A stretch of DNA of 64,000 nucleotides from Ignavibacteriota bacterium. GTDB taxonomy: Bacteria > Bacteroidota > Ignavibacteria > UBA10030 > CAVZMI01. The notes under the pieces were generated by a model. That model saw only the letters and a program-made list of their open reading frames with translations. It had not been told where the DNA came from and made no database searches. The position numbers and the translations under genes were made by a program. The stretch covers positions 1-64,000 of the forward strand of contig CAVZMI010000017.1 of assembly GCA_963776275.1 (NCBI GenBank), given 5' to 3'. Within the stretch, counting starts at the first letter, position 1. The number at the start of each line of letters is the position of its first letter. This document shows positions 63,415 to 64,000 of this stretch, one piece after another.

Positions 63415-64000
63415 TTGTCAGACTTCATTCATCTTCACAATCATACACACTACAGTCTTCTGGATGGTGCATGCACTGTCGAGGACCTTGTTAATGCTGC
63501 AGTAGAACAGAAGATGCCTGCGGTAGCACTAACCGACCATGGTGTATTATTCGGTGCAATTGAATTTTACCAGAAGGCAAAAAAAGCAAATATAAAGCCG
63601 ATCATTGGCAGTGAAATCTATATCGTTACAAAAGGATCTCGTTTCGACAAAGTCACTCCTGCAGAAGCACGTACGAGTGGTGGGAAAAGAGGAATTTACC
63701 ACCACCTTGTCCTCCTGGCAAAAAATCAAACGGGCTATAAAAATCTTGTCAAGCTTTCAACAATCGGCCATATCGAGGGTTTTTATTATAAACCCAGAAT
63801 TGATCTTGACACTCTCCGGCAATATTCCGAAGGGCTCATCGGACTTTCAGCATGTTCGGGCGGAGTGGTTGCGGCGCATCTCGTGGATGGACGATATGAT
63901 CTGGCAAGGGAAGCGGCTATTCTCTATAAAGAAATTCTCGGCGAAGATTTCTATCTTGAGATTCAGGATCACGATCTTGAGAGAGAAAAAAATATCCTTG
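63415..64000 (+). CDS. dnaE: DNA polymerase III alpha subunit, 3'-truncated
   Basis: TTG start; SDFIHLHNHTHYSLLDGA, ALTDHG, KPIIG.E, HLVLLAKN..GY.NL, FYYKPRID. Confidence 0.98.
   Translation, partial: MSDFIHLHNHTHYSLLDGACTVEDLVNAAVEQKMPAVALTDHGVLFGAIEFYQKAKKANIKPIIGSEIYIVTKGSRFDKVTPAEARTSGGKRGIYHHLVLLAKNQTGYKNLVKLSTIGHIEGFYYKPRIDLDTLRQYSEGLIGLSACSGGVVAAHLVDGRYDLAREAAILYKEILGEDFYLEIQDHDLEREKNIL

Overview
The window joins two unrelated bacterial contigs at about 17,986. The left part (1-~17,986) is AT-rich and full of 1-nt indels, probably long-read errors. It comes from a diderm bacterium and carries HNH, yacG, a DUF151 nuclease, a site-2 protease, scpAB, pheA, aroA, GTP-PEPCK, purC, aspC, a strongly divergent chorismate synthase, a FadL-type porin and a two-component/HD-GYP cluster. 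The right part (~17,987-64,000) is more GC-rich, nearly indel-free and looks Ignavibacteria/Bacteroidota-like. It is mostly housekeeping: S9 peptidase, OPT, ddl, pspC, relA/spoT, ruvX, mtgA, an AlbA_2 protein, cmk-ispH-rpsA-mtaB, truA, a split trp cluster, a flippase/glycosyltransferase locus, nadD, tRNA-Arg, a SpoIIE-type phosphatase, proS, ALDH and the start of dnaE. I saw no CRISPR array, prophage or transposase. The most unusual signals are (i) a Russian-doll stack of 23-24 nt palindromic units nested three levels deep upstream of dnaE (63104-63322), (ii) an unannotated ~135-nt structured RNA candidate starting right after the AlbA_2/Schlafen-domain gene (31961-32095), (iii) an attenuator-like leader before pckG, (iv) a chorismate synthase with altered catalytic motifs and an insertion, and (v) a histidine kinase that apparently ends in a Fis-type HTH. 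All family calls come from motif recognition by eye; no searches were run.
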